DNA of 64,000 bases from Nitrosopumilaceae archaeon (GCA_965207375.1 CBDBMG010000003.1:320001-384000), one strand, 5' to 3'; positions 1 to 14,333 are shown, numbered from the stretch's first letter. The notes: generated by a model from the letters alone, not told the origin. Made by a program: numbers and translations.

Positions 1-1350
1 GCAAAATTGTACGGACACTTAACTGGAAGTTATTAATGGTATTACAGATTGTACGTACCTGTATCACATGTGATGAGTATTTCATAGATTATTTAGTGCT
101 AGGCTAAAATTTTAAATATGGCTTTCTAACCCACAATCAATAAAGGCCTAAGTGTGATTTTCTTTTCTAAGCTTTCTATACTATGCTTTCTACCATCGCT
201 GCTTGAAACTTATTTGTTGTTTCATCAATGATGGATATGTAATATTATTTAATTTTGTGAATGGAGCTGTTTTAAACTCACAGTACTACTGAGTCTATTT
301 ATATTTGGCTGTTGGCACAGGTTGCTACCTTCACACCATCAGTATCATCAGTAGTATTATAATATCTATCCCGCATGCTTCTGCCAATAGTGAGATCAAT
401 GCAGCTTCAAAAATTCCAATAGTATCATGCCAGCAGAGGTCCTTAGTGCTTCTCCATGCAACCATTTGTGGCAGCCTGTAGCTACCATTGTGAAATTATG
501 CATGGGTATCACATTATATTTACAAAACTTGCTGCTCTATTAGAGTATTTGACTGTTCTATTAGAGTATGCATGTTTATTATATGTTGTGATTTTGAGAA
601 GGGTTGAAGCCCCTCTATCCCCCTCCCTTCCCTGTAATTTATCATAGGTTCGCATAGCCACATGATTATGGTGTGTTAATACGAATAGCACGTGTATTTT
701 GGGGGGCCCACTGTATTTTGCTCACCTCCTACCGGTATATATCGAGCCAACAATCCTCAACAACGCGCACTACCAAAACGAATTCGGCTCTCGCATAAGC
801 GCCAATTATGTATGGTAAATGAATCTATTATATTTTTATGTGTAGCATACATACCGTAGTATGTCACGCAACGTCCTTTTCCTTTCTCCCTAGTTCACCT
901 CCCAAACTCCGTAAAATAACAATCTGGGTAATAGACTAATATTTTCAATTATACAAACGAAATCAATCTAAGCAAAAAATTGGCTCCTCACTCGATACAC
1001 TACATGGGAAATGGGTACTGAGGAAACCCATGATCATACCGTAGCTATATGTAGTGCTCATAGATACATAGCTATAGTCTTGATACTTAGCCTCGGTGGA
1101 TCAATAAGTGCACGTCGGTACCGGACGACGTTCTGAAAATTTACAGGACGTAACCCAGTTTGCGCATAATATAAGAGTAGCCAGGCAGTACAATCACTAT
1201 CCTATTGGTTTATCGATATCCACTATCGTGGTTCATGATGCACATATTATGGCAGTGATAACGCTTCATAGTTTAGGACATAAGTATATATATAGTTTAC
1301 AAGAAGAGAAGAGTAAAAAACAGAAGGCAAAAATGCAGGACAATGATCGT

Positions 1351-1487
1351 ATTTACTAAATCGGACGTCTGAATTACTAAATCGGACGTCGTATTTACTA
1401 AATCGGACGTCTGATTTACTAAATCGGACGTCTGATTTACTAAATCGGACGTCTGATTTACTAAATTGGATGTCAGATTTATTAAAT
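1351..1487. repeat. 21-bp tandem repeat (ATTTACTAAATCGGACGTCTG) x ~6.5
   Basis: Adjacent near-identical units with no spacers; it generates the repetitive ORFs 1247..1522 and 1297..1497. Confidence 0.95.
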
Positions 1488-1758
1488 GGGCCCTCATTTA
1501 TAATGGATTGTACTTCAATCATACAGAAAATTTGGTGGGAATTTAATTTGGCGTTTTGCCTTAACCTAAAATTAAAATTCCGCGAATTTTAAATTGGTAT
1601 TTGCTAAAGATATTTAATTGATAGCTACCAGGTAGCTATGTAGCTAAAATGCACCTAGTTAATTGCATACTCATACCATCAATACCATTGCTAGCTATGT
1701 AGCTATAGATACCGTATAGAAGATTATTTTCACTAGGTTTTAATTTTCGCTATGTGGC

Positions 1759-2471
1759 TAGGCCTGAGTCTATTATGCTCTGAAAATTGCCTATTATGCT
1801 TTTTGGCATTGCTCCAATTTTGTACCTATTATGCTAGATTTTATGCTACTCCACAGTCAATTATGCTACTAATAATACACAGTTTAATACAAAACCCTGC
1901 CTAAAATCTGACCTGTTCACAGCATGGTAGTTGTTATAATCATTTTAGCAGTGCCTAATATAATATGTGACATAGTCTGACAAAACCAGTCTTATCACCC
2001 GAAAATACACCCATGTGTATAATTATATATCTATCTCTTGTTCTGTGTATGCTATTCAAATTCTGTAAGTTTTATTGAATTGCTTAGGAGTTTCTGCATA
2101 CATGGTGAAGCTTGTGCTAAAATGTTGTGTTCAGAAAAGAGTTATTAAACTTGAAAGACTCAAAATTAACTCAAAACTTTTATGGCAATAAGACTGGTTT
2201 TGTCAGACTGGGTCACATATAGCTACTTTAAAGGAATTGTAGAAGCTATAGCTTATTGAATTGTTAAGCATTGGCTGGCAGTGGAGTAAGTGTATTTTAT
2301 AGTTTTTAGACTGTAAAAATGTTGCAATTAAGTTTAAATATGTGGCGCTTGCGTCCACATCCGCAAAATCATCTCTATTATGCTAGCATACCTATTATGC
2401 TGACATTATGCTTGATGCTTTTGCATACCTATTATGCTAAAAATTATGCTAGCATAATCGACTCAGGCCTA
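1759..2471. mobile_element. hAT-type MITE (TAGGCCTGAGTC TIRs), containing a nested MITE
   Basis: TIRs taggcctgagtc / gactcaggccta; perfect 8-bp TSD TATGTGGC at 1751-1758 and 2472-2479. Confidence 0.85.
1966..2217. mobile_element. ~250-bp MITE with TGTGAC...GTCACA ends
   Basis: TIRs tgtgacatagtctgacaaaaccagtctta / taagactggttttgtcagactgggtcaca; related copies at 43101-43348 and 54360-54603. Confidence 0.75.
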
Positions 2472-5400
2472 TATGTGGCTAAAATTTTAATCTACAATAC
2501 AAATTCAATGGAAAACATCACCAAAAACGTGAAAATAAAAACCTGTGAATATTTTTATCAGTGACAAACCAGCTATAGTTATAATTATATGCTTAGAGGT
2601 AATAAGCTAATGTCAAAATTATGGGCCATAATTAAGGGTTTTGTTAGCTATCTTCTAACCACAGGATGATCACTTCAGGTTGGAGCCCTAGAATAGTGAC
2701 TTTTACATTATGGCGGTATATCAACACACTAGCTATAATAGTATGGTAACGTCAGACTCTCAACATCATAATTATACCCATGCATATGGCATGGTTGCCA
2801 TGGTATCACTATATAGGTACGTATATTAATATTCGCATGGTACCAGTGCACATCATACTAGTTATAGCAAATATTATGGTATGATGAGAACCCGCATGGC
2901 CATAAGTTAAGCTTGTCAGCACTATATATATAGTACGTAGCTAGCTATGAATAACCATGTGCACTCTCATGTTTAGAGCATCCCTTTAGTAGCTACTATC
3001 ACAGTTAATAGCTATATATATATATATATATATATATTACTCACAGTTGTGGAGACCCCATTTGATCAAAGGCATCAAATTACTTCAGCACAGGGCAACC
3101 AAATACATGCCGAACAATTATGAACTTTCACACAAGACACGACTTAAACAGCTGCACATGCCTACCACTCATGTACACATGATACGAGCTTAACTACTTA
3201 ATGTTCTTCATCAAATCCCTGAAATTTCCATCCCTCATATTTTGACATTAAAACATTCAATTTGCTAACCATGATAAAAATTAGTATGTATACATCTCCT
3301 CCTCACACCAGAGCTCATTCTGTAACAGGATCATCAGACTGTGGAATTCTGTGCCTGTATACGTGATTGACCTGTTACTATCAATGGATACTATTAAGAT
3401 AATAATACAACTTATTGATTTTCTGTGTTCTAAATTCACTGTTAACTTCTTACCATCTTGTGTGCCCTTGTAATCATATTGTTCCAAGCTACCAGTTGTC
3501 ATATGTTACCACCCCTTGTCCAACTCCAGAACAATATATAATCATGTACATTAGCTATATGTATATGTTTATAATTGGTCTACCAGCTACTTTGTTGAAA
3601 CATGTAGCTAATATAGCTAGATTTATAACCTTTAAGTTAGCTTAATTGAGCTGTTGGCAGCACTTGCCACAGCTCTCAGCCCAGTAACTGTTTTTGTTAA
3701 ATATAAACACTTATAGCTATTCAACACTATAAATCTATACTTTATATATACCTATAGCTACCTGGTGCTGTAAATATAATAATAATAACAATAGTATATG
3801 CATAAGCTATAGCTATAGTTGTACATGTCCATTACAATAGTGCATAACTACAGAACATAATTAATGTATTTGCTATTTGGCTGCTCCAATCTGCTGTCTG
3901 TATAAGCCATAAAATCATCATCATTTAATTAAGAAGAGTGTTTAAATCAGAAAGGTATAATGATATAGCACTACTGTATTCAAAAATATAGCATGGTATC
4001 ATTACATGTCTAACTACTTACTATATAGTATGATTACATCACTACCTACATGTCAACACTATATATATGACCTGCATGGTAACACCATCAACATCATCTG
4101 TATACAAGTCTATGATATAACACCACTGTAGCTATTTCAAAACTATATGGCAATGTCACTTCATGCAAAATTTGGCATATGTAGTATAGCTATCAACTTG
4201 AGCATGCATAATTATAGCCTAGTTCATGTCAACTTTGCATGGTATGGTACCATTCCATGTCAATGCCATATATAGCATCATTGCATGTATAGCAATACTA
4301 TAACTGATGATATGTAACCACAGCATGTCAACTCTTTGGTAAGGTATATAATTATAACCGTATGCATCATATGTGGTACCACTGCATGTGGTAGCTATAC
4401 CATTGTGGCATAGTTACTGTAACAGTTTAACATGTGTGGTAGGCTTTACAGCACAGCTTTTTAAATAAGACTCCATGCAGATGTCATGCATGTAGTTCTG
4501 TAATGAACAGCTAAAACAACCACACCATGGCACGGTAGCACTTCATGCCAACAGTATGGCATATTATGACTACATGTCAACATCTGACTGTGACATACTA
4601 ACATAGTATATGAACTACATGTCAACACTCTGGTATATATGGTAACGTGTCAACACATTTAATTAATGAATGCGTTATTAGAGTATTTCAATAAACTTGA
4701 ATGTTTTATTAGAGTGTATTGGTATACCTTGACTGTTTTATGAGTGTCATATAAACAAATGAAGCAATAAGCTAGCATTATATGCAAGTCTACTATGGTT
4801 ATTGATAGTATGCTGGCATATTTCGGACGCATGCAAGCAGGCCTACCATGCCTATAGTTGTGTGAAAATAGGGGAGGTAAAGAGCACCACATTTTCTGAA
4901 AGCATTTCTAGCAAAATTTTGAGCATAATTGACTCAGACCTATAGTATGCAGTTATCACTATAGGTCTCCGCACTGTGCAATGCTAGCAGTGCATATCAA
5001 CACCATGGTAAAGTAAAGCTATGCTGCAATGGTGACTGTTTTATTAGAGTATATTGATGTTTGATAATATTTTAGCCAGCAAACTGCTATTATGCTGGCA
5101 TAATCGGTGGGTCCCTACTTTGCTAGTGACTGATATACTCTAATAGAACAGTCACCATTCCAATAATATTGTTGTGGACTGTTTATTGTCTATAGCTACC
5201 ATAATGTAAAAGTTGTTCATAGCTACTATAAAATGTGTAGATATATAGCTACTAAGTCTATTTAACATGCCATAGTGTTGACATGCAGTGTTATCCATAC
5301 TATGACAGTGTTGAGATGTAGTGGTAACATCCATGCCTTGTACAGTGTTACCATGCTTACCATGCCTTGGTGATATGCAGTTTTATCATCCCTTGGTGAT

Positions 5401-8400
5401 ATGCAGTGTTACCATGCCTTGGTGTTGATCACAGAACTAATGAAAAAGTTGTAGCTACATAATAATCTAAGGAAAGCTGCCTGAAACACAAACTTTCCTG
5501 CATATAGGAAATGTGCACAAATGCCACAAAACATCTGGGTACAGGAAATGTGTATGATAAGTCATCCTTCCTGAGTGCAGAACAGGTATAGGCAACTATT
5601 GCCTGATATTGAAATTTCTCCAAGTAAATGTGCACAATTATAGTAGCTACATGTCATACGTGTGAAAATATCCCTATGGTATATGTGAAAATTCCCATAC
5701 TTGCAGGACATACCACCTGAAGCTGGTCACAACAAATTGAGAACAACAGTAATAGTACACACATACAAAATATTTCAGCATAAATATCCAATTTTCTTTG
5801 CAGATTTGTCAAGTTGGAGAGACATGTTCAGCACGTAGCAGCAAATGGCTGAAATTAAATCAATAACTGGATCCATGCAGTAAAAACCATGGGTCACTAA
5901 CCTCAAGGATGATCACCCACGTTAAAGACACCTGTGAAAAGAACTCCTCTATCCTTTAGAGTGCCGTAACCATTAACCTGGAAAAATATAGAACACATCT
6001 GTAGGAAATTTCCCCCTTCCTTTAGTGTCATGTGTCACGTATGAATTAACAGTATCTAAAATTTTAACACTAAAATGCTATATTGTAATGGTTAGCTAGC
6101 TACTTATTGAAGAGAGATCATTTTAAAAGCTATGATGGGTTTTCGCCTTATTTAATGCACGCTATAAGTAAGTTTACCAACATTATAACGCATGGATATA
6201 ATGTTTGCGAGCTGAAACGCAGAGAAGAATGGCTTACTGTAAATGGTAAATACAAAAATTGAAATTTACTTATTCCGCTATTCCGTTATTCCGTATTCCG
6301 CGGAATACAGCTTCCCTCCACTGTGCCATGGAGTTTCTTTTCATCCTTCAGTATATTCCTTTTTTTCTATTTCCTTTAAAAAGGTGAAACAATTACAAAA
6401 GAAGGTGTCAATGAACTTACACCTTTGTCACACAAAAACAGCCACTTTGCACACATGATATAATTAGCATTGTGCCCACCGTTAGTACTATTAACAGATG
6501 AATGTTTTTGTGTGTACTCTATTACATCGAGAACCTATCAAGTGTTACTAAGTGTAACGACAGCTTTATAATGCTTGTGATATGATTATCAGAGAACATT
6601 TTCCTTTAGCAACGTGAGTTTCATTATATTACGAAGTAGATATACTTATAATTATCAACTGTCCTTAGGGTTATGTACCATATACCTTAAGATAATGATA
6701 CAATAACTTTAGCGAGTAGCTCCAATATCACTGATGCTAATTATAATAAGCCAGTCAGTGATGATTGGTGACTGCACTATTAGAGAGTATCAACACTAAA
6801 TCCACAATGCTAACTTTATTGTGTCGTTAACATTACTTGGCTTAAGGTATGTGTGCACATGCATACTACAGATGACCTTTAGTCACACTAACACTACTGT
6901 CACCATTACATTCAGTTAAGCTCTGTTACTCTCTTTACTTACATCAAACAAAATAACTAGCTCAGTCACAATAAAACACTGTGCTCTGTTAAACTACATC
7001 AGCATTAGTAATCCTTTAAATGTTACCAATCTAGCTACTGCAAAGAATTCCTCTTTGAGCATATATTGCTAAGCTACATGCATAGAGTAGTGCGGTATGT
7101 ATACACATTAGATTATCTGTACATACACTTCACATTATGTATTTACACATGTGTATATGCATATACGTACATACCTCATGTATAGTAAGGATATGTAGGA
7201 TCAGATTTAGCAGTAATTCCTGACAGTATCTGTTATCACTAATTAATGAAAGGATACTTGTCAACACTCAGAATTTTTATCCCCAAATAATCGTCAGCAG
7301 ATATCGATTCCTATGCATTAATATTAATAATTCATACCTAACAGTAATTAGTCTTGTCAGCTAGTACATGTGTATGTACATTAGTATGACATAAATTTTC
7401 TATCCATAAAGAATTCCTACAGAATAAATTTTAGGATTGATCCATAAAGCAGATACTCTTAAGCTAACAATTACTTATTTCAGTGATATCACAAGGAAGT
7501 TATGTACATGGCTAGGAAGCATCATATGTACATAACAATGCATACCTGTAAGGGAATATTCTTTAGCCCTTCCAAAAACGCGCACAAGTGTTGGGGGACA
7601 CTTCAGTAAATACTGTTATTTAAGTTGTCTCTGTTAACTTAACTGAGCTCCCATATATCCCATCCCACACAGGACTCTTCTCTTGTAATTCGCTCGCTTG
7701 CACTTCCAGCTGTTTCAGTAATAGTGCGCTCTATTTAGAACTAGATTGCGCATTAATTGAAACAGAGGAGTGGTGGCGCTAACAAGGGATCTTGTCAAGG
7801 GCCGCACGTGTTTATCAGCCTCCAAGGATCTTGTCCAAGGGAATATGAAGGCACATGGAGCAGGGACTCTGGTTAGAGACAATAATTCTCAGAGCGAAGT
7901 GAACAAAAAGTTAGTGTTAGATATTAGTGTGTGTACTGGCAGGTTTGATTTATACACTTCTAGTAAATATAATAAGTTTGAGCTAAGAGATGAGCAGAAG
8001 TGTAAAGGATAATTAGCTCATTTCTAGTTGGTATTTTACATGTAGTCAGGTGCAGTACAAGTTTTTATGTATCTCTTTATGGTTTATACAAGTTCTTGTG
8101 TATTTGTATAGCTTTATATCATGACAATTGTTGCTTTTGATTTTTGAAAACAGCATACGTAGTTTAAGTCACCAAAAGTTGTCCAATGTTTTGTACGAAC
8201 CTTCATTTGAAACAGTGGTGCAAGTTTTGTACAAACATTTTATGAGATCTAGCAAATTGAATTTGAAAAAGTGTAACCCGTCAATCATAAGCATCCAATG
8301 TGTAAAGCTCAAATGATTGTTGCCTAAGGCTATAGTAGCTTGTATAATATGCTATTGTTTACAAATACGTATGTCAGCTATGATCATGAACTTGTCTTGT

Positions 8401-8405
8401 GTTAA

Positions 8406-9095
8406 GGTTACGGTATATTCAGTAAATTGTTTCATTGGCGCTATTATTTAACTCCTTTAAAAGTAGCCTTCTTGTATTTTGTTTCAAGTGCCTTCGTCAC
8501 CGCCTTTAAAGTACTGTATAAAGAATCTATAGAGACTGTTAAAAGGCCATCAACTAAGCCTCCAACGGAGAAAGGTGATGAAAATGGCTTTCGAACTTGC
8601 CGCCATTTCTTGTAACAACGGCCAAGGTAAGGACAGTTTTAAGGCAGTAGCCTTAATAAGATATATGTTTTTGAGGGCCTGTGGAAGAGTTTTTAGCTCT
8701 TAAGCTGCTATAATCGGTAGTTAAAACAATAATTATCTCCCTGCTGGCGCTTTGCACAACCTTATTGAAACTTTTGTCGCTTATAAAATCCATCCCTATA
8801 GTTGTACGCCTAAAAGCTCTTCCACAGGCCCTCGACAATATATCTCTTATTAAGGCTAAACCCTTACGACTGTCATAACCTTAGCTGTTATCAGGAAAGT
8901 GTCGAAGGGAAACCATTGCCAATTAGCCCTCACTTTGCTTTGTTCGTTTAATGGCCTATCAATGGTGTCTATACACTATTTATACAGTACTTTAAGGGTG
9001 ATGATGAGACTGCTTGACACAATACACAAGAAGGCTGCCTTTAAATATAACAAAAATTAGCGCCAATAAAATTATTTATCGATTATACCATAACC
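8406..9095. mobile_element. Kolobok-like fold-back MITE inserted in the putative LTR
   Basis: TTAA on both sides (8402-8405, 9096-9099); GG...CC termini (ggttacggtata / tataccataacc); long imperfect inverted arms. Confidence 0.75.
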
Positions 9096-9399
9096 TTAAG
9101 ACAAGTCATTAGCTTGACACTTACACTTTGCAGACCACAGTTTTCAGATTATACCTTACGGGTTCAATTCACAAGTTCTTGTAAATTTCTGTATGGTGCA
9201 TGTAAGGAAGTGACCTTTGCGTTGTCTAATGACAGAAATATTATTAGGTTATGTGTCGCAATCACCATTGCAAATAACATCATTTAAAAAACGAGTTTAA
9301 CTAGTTATTGTATTGTTATTGATTTAGGCGGGAACTTGTATTGTTTTTAACATTGTTATTGAATTGTGAACCAGCGCTAGTGGTGTCTGTAGCGACATT

Positions 9400-9417
9400 T
9401 GGTGCCGAAACCTGGGA
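9400..9417 (+). promoter_or_regulatory. Primer-binding site complementary to the tRNA-Phe 3' end
   Basis: TGGTGCCGAAACCTGGGA matches the complement of the eukaryotic tRNA-Phe 3' end (TGGTGCCGAAACCCGGGA) at 17/18 and lies 2 nt after a CA LTR end. Confidence 0.8.
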
Positions 9418-9562
9418 ATAGTGATTTGAGACTGTTACTTGGGGACCTCGCCTTCATCGCATGTTGAAGTTGTGGTACCGTGGCATATTAACAGTACCAC
9501 AGAAGGCGAGTGGATTTGAATCCTAGACATTTTGTTCTTTGTTTGAAATTTTACAGGTCGAA

Positions 9563-10335
9563 ATGCCAGTGATTTCGACATTGAAAAGTTCTTGCACCAG
9601 AGAAAAAAAGTGCTAAACAGAGAAACAGCAGAAGCAGATGAACTGATACAGACAGAATTGAGTGATAATCCGCGAGACATGTTGAAGCTTACTTTGTCTA
9701 TAGGCAAGGTATTATTGAATTTGGAAACAAAACTCACGAGGTTGGAAACCGCAAATGACAAGTTAGCGGAAGCATATGAGCAAGCTGGGGAGACGGAAGC
9801 GGCTGAGCAATTTCAGACCACATTGGATGAAGAGAGCGAATTGATTGATGACACGATAACTAAGATTTCGCGATTGAAACTTTTGAAAGAAGAGTTAGAG
9901 AAAAGACGCAGAGAGTCAGAAAGGTCGCCAAACCAAAGCTTGGTGCAAAGAGTTACAGAAGTACAGGAACAGATAAATCATTTGCAGTCCACACAATCAG
10001 TTACCAGTCTAGCTGGTATTTGGTCTCAACACCCTACTGAAGGACCTATAAAACCACCCCAACTTGATATCCCAGTGTTCAATGGCAATGTACTAAAATG
10101 GCAAGAGTTCTGGGATGCATTTGAAGCAACAATTGATAAAGGCAAGTATTCATCAGTTGATAAGATGAATTATTTGAAGTCCAAGTTAACTAAGGAAGCG
10201 CTAGATGCCATCTCAGGGTACCAGTTGTAGAACAGCAATTACGTATGAAGTAGTGGTGGATATATTAAAAAGAGGTTTGGCAATGTCCAGTTAATTATCG
10301 ATGCACATTATCGGAGTCTATCACATCTCCCTCCA
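9563..10335 (+). pseudogene. BEL/Pao gag (DUF1759-like), frameshifted and truncated
   Basis: Coiled-coil region then PQLDIPVFNGNVLKWQEFWDAFEATID...DKMNYLKSKL...ALDAI; stop at 10228; continues out of frame as RFGNVQLIIDAHYRSLSHLP. Confidence 0.85.
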
Positions 10336-10339
10336 AGCA

Positions 10340-11727
10340 ATTAATAATCATTCACGTGAACTGAAGCCTCAATAACCAATCAAATAAGTCCTACTGCCTT
10401 TCAGTTTTTTTATAATCATTATGACAATTGCAATTGATGGATCATGAAGATATAATGCTGTATTTGCCATTCATTTCACAGTAAAAAGTGTTTAACTAGC
10501 TGTACATTACTACGTAACAAGATGGAGCACAAATGAGTATGCTATGCGGGTTGTGAAACTTATAAAAGAAGACTGTCCTATACAGGGGCATAGCCAAGAT
10601 TATCTAAAGGGGGTTTCTAAATTCAACAGTTATATAGGATCCTTATTCACCAGCATGAATGGAAATGATTCATGCACTGATAGACCTTGCATATAATTAT
10701 TCACATTATCTCGTAAAAAACATTAGCTTAAGTGCATTGTAACCTACTGAATGCTAGGTGCATGGAGCTAATACTTGCTACTGTTCCTGCAGCTTACTGG
10801 TTATAGCTGTAACTATAGCTACACTAACTTACGTGTGCATGGTTAATTATTTTAATACTGTGCAGTAAATATATTTATAATACTCCACATCAAGCTTCCA
10901 GCAGAATCTTTCACTTCCTTACTGATCATCCATCACGTAAACGTGATAGGTGCCATTGGTTAAATTCTTATTCAAACCATCGATTCAGTATTCCAGAGAT
11001 TTCACTATATGAGCTAAGTAAACAACTAGATACTACTCACACGATTTGCTGCACCACCCATTCTCTTATCCAATGATCTATCAAATAACTGAATTTTTAT
11101 TAGTGCCTGCCTCAGGGTGTATTGGAGTTTAAATCTAAGATGAACGCGAACACTCTTCATGATAAAGATCTTCAGTAACTTATGTTGACTACGTAGCTAT
11201 ATTACATTCTCATAACAAAAACGTCATAACTGATCATGAAGCCACCTTATTAATCGGGTGTGTATCACGTTTATATACCAAAAATAATTTTAGTGGTGTT
11301 TAAACCGCTTGTCCACAAAGCCTGGTTCAATGATGCAGCTGATGCAATAAATGGACTCTAAGATGGAAGATGGTTTAAAAGTTGTGTAAATTTTAGTGTT
11401 AAGCCTAGCTAGCTATATTTAAATTTTTCTAGTTTTGAAAGGGGGGTCATCCAAATCCCCTCTGGCTACACCTCTGCTATAGTGTTTACTTACAGTAATA
11501 ATTTCGGCTCAAAACAACTTTAAAAAAGTTTATCAATAAAGTACTGGAGTATACAGCAGGGTTAAACAAAAGAACTAAATTTATAAGCATTGCTATATAT
11601 GTGTTCCTTAGTGATGAGTCTTTGTTCACATGACTTACTCGTGACACCATTAAAGTATATTGAATGGCAGGTGGTTTAACTTACATACGTAGTACCTGGT
11701 TTTTAGATAGTAAAACATCAACTTGTT
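10340..11727 (+). mobile_element. Family A (DINE/HINE-like) copy interrupted by the element at 10583-11476
   Basis: Matches the copies at 14773-15324 and 18137-18786 on both sides of the insertion. Confidence 0.75.
10583..11476. mobile_element. Non-autonomous TIR element with CAGGGG ends and a 5-bp TSD (hAT5-like)
   Basis: TIRs caggggcatagcca / tggctacacctctg; CTATA duplicated on both sides; the empty site is visible in other family A copies (gactggcctatagtgtt). Confidence 0.75.
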
Positions 11728-12779
11728 TGGTATTTGAATACCAGCTTAACCGAGTGAACATGCATGAATGAATGTTTGTTTTAACTATAGCCGATGATGT
11801 TTGAGGCTCTAATATGGTCTATAACTGATGTTTGACAGTCTGCTGACCACAGCATATTCAGACATTTTATAACTGTTGTACGTACAGACTAAGAAAAAGC
11901 TGATGATATTTCTAAATGTCATTTTAAGTTATTGACTGCTCCTTAGGTTGCTTAACCTGGTTAATCCCTATTATGAAGCACTGTCATACGTAGCTCATAA
12001 TAAACTGAACATCAACTTATTACTCTTAATATTCAATGAGTATGGAGATAGGGTGACAATACAGTCAACAAATTATTAAAATATTACATTTATAGTCAAA
12101 ATTTTGAAGTATCCAATTTTCAAACATTTCAAGGTTACTTGTTTACTTCAAAAATTTTATCCTTGAAGTTTTTGTTAAAAGCTGACAGTAGTAACTTGAA
12201 ACATTTGTGCCATGATACATTTAATATGCAATGAGCATACTGTGAGATACACTGAAATACTTTTAGTACTAGTCAACAAACCCCCCAGGGCTTAATTCAT
12301 CAAAAGTTGTGCCCAGCAAAGGAATAGAGACAACCCTTCAGCAACTACCACAGCATAGATATTATGAACATTATGGCAATCCTTATGACAGCTTTAATGC
12401 TTTCAACTGTGGGTTCAAAGTTATCTTTATGTATGTTTTTAGTGACTCATCTTCATCTCTGAGATCATCACATGAAACTAAGTGCAGCAAGCATTGTAAT
12501 TTAAAATTTTGAGGTCATAGTCCGTAAAAATTTTCTTACATAATTTTAAAGCAAAGTTTTAAGTCAAAAATTTCTACCCTTGAAGTTTTCCAGCTAGCTA
12601 CACAGTAGAGGTATATTGTGTGCCAATGTGAGTATTGGAATGTAAAGCTATTAAACATTACAGTGCTTAATGAAATGAGTTTTACAATTAGTTGCATTAA
12701 ACTATAATATCACTTATTACTCTTGGTTAATATACATCATACTCTAGAAGCATTTACTGTCATATTGTTATGATTGTAT

Positions 12780-13567
12780 GAATGTAAGCTTCGCAATCCG
12801 CATGGCACGCCTACTTTTAAAACTGAAATGCTCCATCTTGTTAGTAATGTACAGCTGCCTTTTACTGTGAAATGAACAGCAAATACAGCATCACTTTGCT
12901 CTTCTTTTGAAAGTAACTCATGATGCACTTCATTACTAAGACCCTGCCCATCAATAGTATCGATAGCAAGTACCATAATCAGGGGCGGATCCAGAGGGGG
13001 GTCTTTGGGATCTCGAGACCCCCCTCCAGAAATATATCAGGCAAGCCAAAAGAATGATGTATTGGTATAAAAACAGACTAAAATGTACTATTTCTTGAAT
13101 TAAGTGAATTTTCAGTACTTAATGAGATAAAATAACCTATATCTTCCAAGGGGTTGCACCCACCACGCCCCCTACTCCATATTCGGCTTAAAACTTTATT
13201 GTATTTACTTAAATATGCTCTAAATCTTGGATTAGGCATGATTTTGGTGTTATATTACTTAAAAAAACCATAGCTTCTGGGGGGCTGTGCAAAACCATAG
13301 CTTCTGGGGGGCTGTGCCCCCCAGACCTCCTGCTTCAGAAATCACCTCTATATTCAGACCCCCCTCTCGGAAAATCCTGGATCCGCCCCTGATAATTATA
13401 GAGAACTGAAAAGCAGTAGGATTTGTTTGATTGGCTATTCAGACTTCATTTGATGTGAATAGTTTTTGATAGCCCAGAGGGGCGGACACACAAGGACAAA
13501 CACAAATGCATACCATATTCCCGGACAAAAGCAATTTCAAGAAACCAGATGTGCGCCTAGTTTAAAA
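12780..13567 (-). mobile_element. Family A copy interrupted by the MITE at 12980-13391
   Basis: Reverse complement of the family A body and 5' end (aagaaaccagatgtgcgcctagtttaaaaa). Confidence 0.7.
12980..13391. mobile_element. CAGGGGCGGATCCAG MITE, copy 1
   Basis: TIRs caggggcggatccag / ctggatccgcccctg; 5-bp TSD ATAAT; near-identical to 34867-35248. Confidence 0.9.
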
Positions 13568-14240
13568 AGTGATTAACTTTGTCCACATACGTATGTAAGT
13601 GCAATTTTCTCTTGCCTCCTTACAATTTATAGTACGTAGCTGTATGTCCAACTCATATGCCATAAATTAACATTAAGCGGGATTGATAAGAGAAAGGATC
13701 CTTATCCTGAGATATGACTGGCCTATTGTGTTATAGTAATAATTTCGGCATAAAATAACTTCATCAAAGCAGAAGAATTAAATTTGTATGTGTTGCTTTG
13801 TGTTCCTTAGTGATGAATCTTTGCTCATGTGACGTTATTACAATAGTATTGAATAGCAGTGGATTAGCAGCGGTTTAACTTGCACACAGTGCCTGGTTTT
13901 TAGATGGAAAAACATCAACTTGCTTGATTTCAAAAACTTTTGGGTAAACATAAGAATCTAGAATAATTTTCACAATTTATAGGGATCAAATCACATCTTA
14001 TGCAGCTTGTAGATTTTGTGTATCCTACGTATAATATGAATAGGTGTACATACATAATAATATTATAAGCCTGGTTTAGGTATAGATGTATAGGAATAGG
14101 TGTATTTTAGCCTCTGATTTCTTATGCTTGCTCACAACTATAAACATCACTTATTACTCTTGGTGTATATTTAATTAATGCACATCATACTGTAGAGGCA
14201 GTTACTGTGCATATGTCACACTCTTATCATCTACTGTACT

Positions 14241-14333
14241 TATATTAATGGACTACTTGGAGCTGCTGGTAATGGTCGATTGGAGGATGTCATGGAACAT
14301 CTCCAGAATGGAGTGGATGTTAATGGGAATGTG
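14241..14333 (+). pseudogene. Ankyrin-repeat exon A1 (acceptor apparently lost)
   Basis: Reads YINGLLGAAGNGRLEDVMEHLQNGVDVNGNV then GTAAGT. The paralog at 19386 has a cattgtag acceptor that is missing here. Confidence 0.7.

Larger units (their letters stand above)
7547..10335 (+). mobile_element. Truncated BEL/Pao LTR retrotransposon (5' LTR, PBS, gag remnant)
   Basis: LTR ends ...GCGACA at 9397, followed by a PBS and a DUF1759-type gag. The LTR start (TG at 7547) is tentative. No pol or second LTR is seen. Confidence 0.7.

Noticed and set aside
1351-1487. Possible CRISPR array
   Set aside because: The units are directly adjacent with no unique spacers, there are no cas genes and the context is eukaryotic.
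10880-11170. hAT dimerisation-domain remnant inside the 10583 element
   Set aside because: Too degenerate to support by eye.
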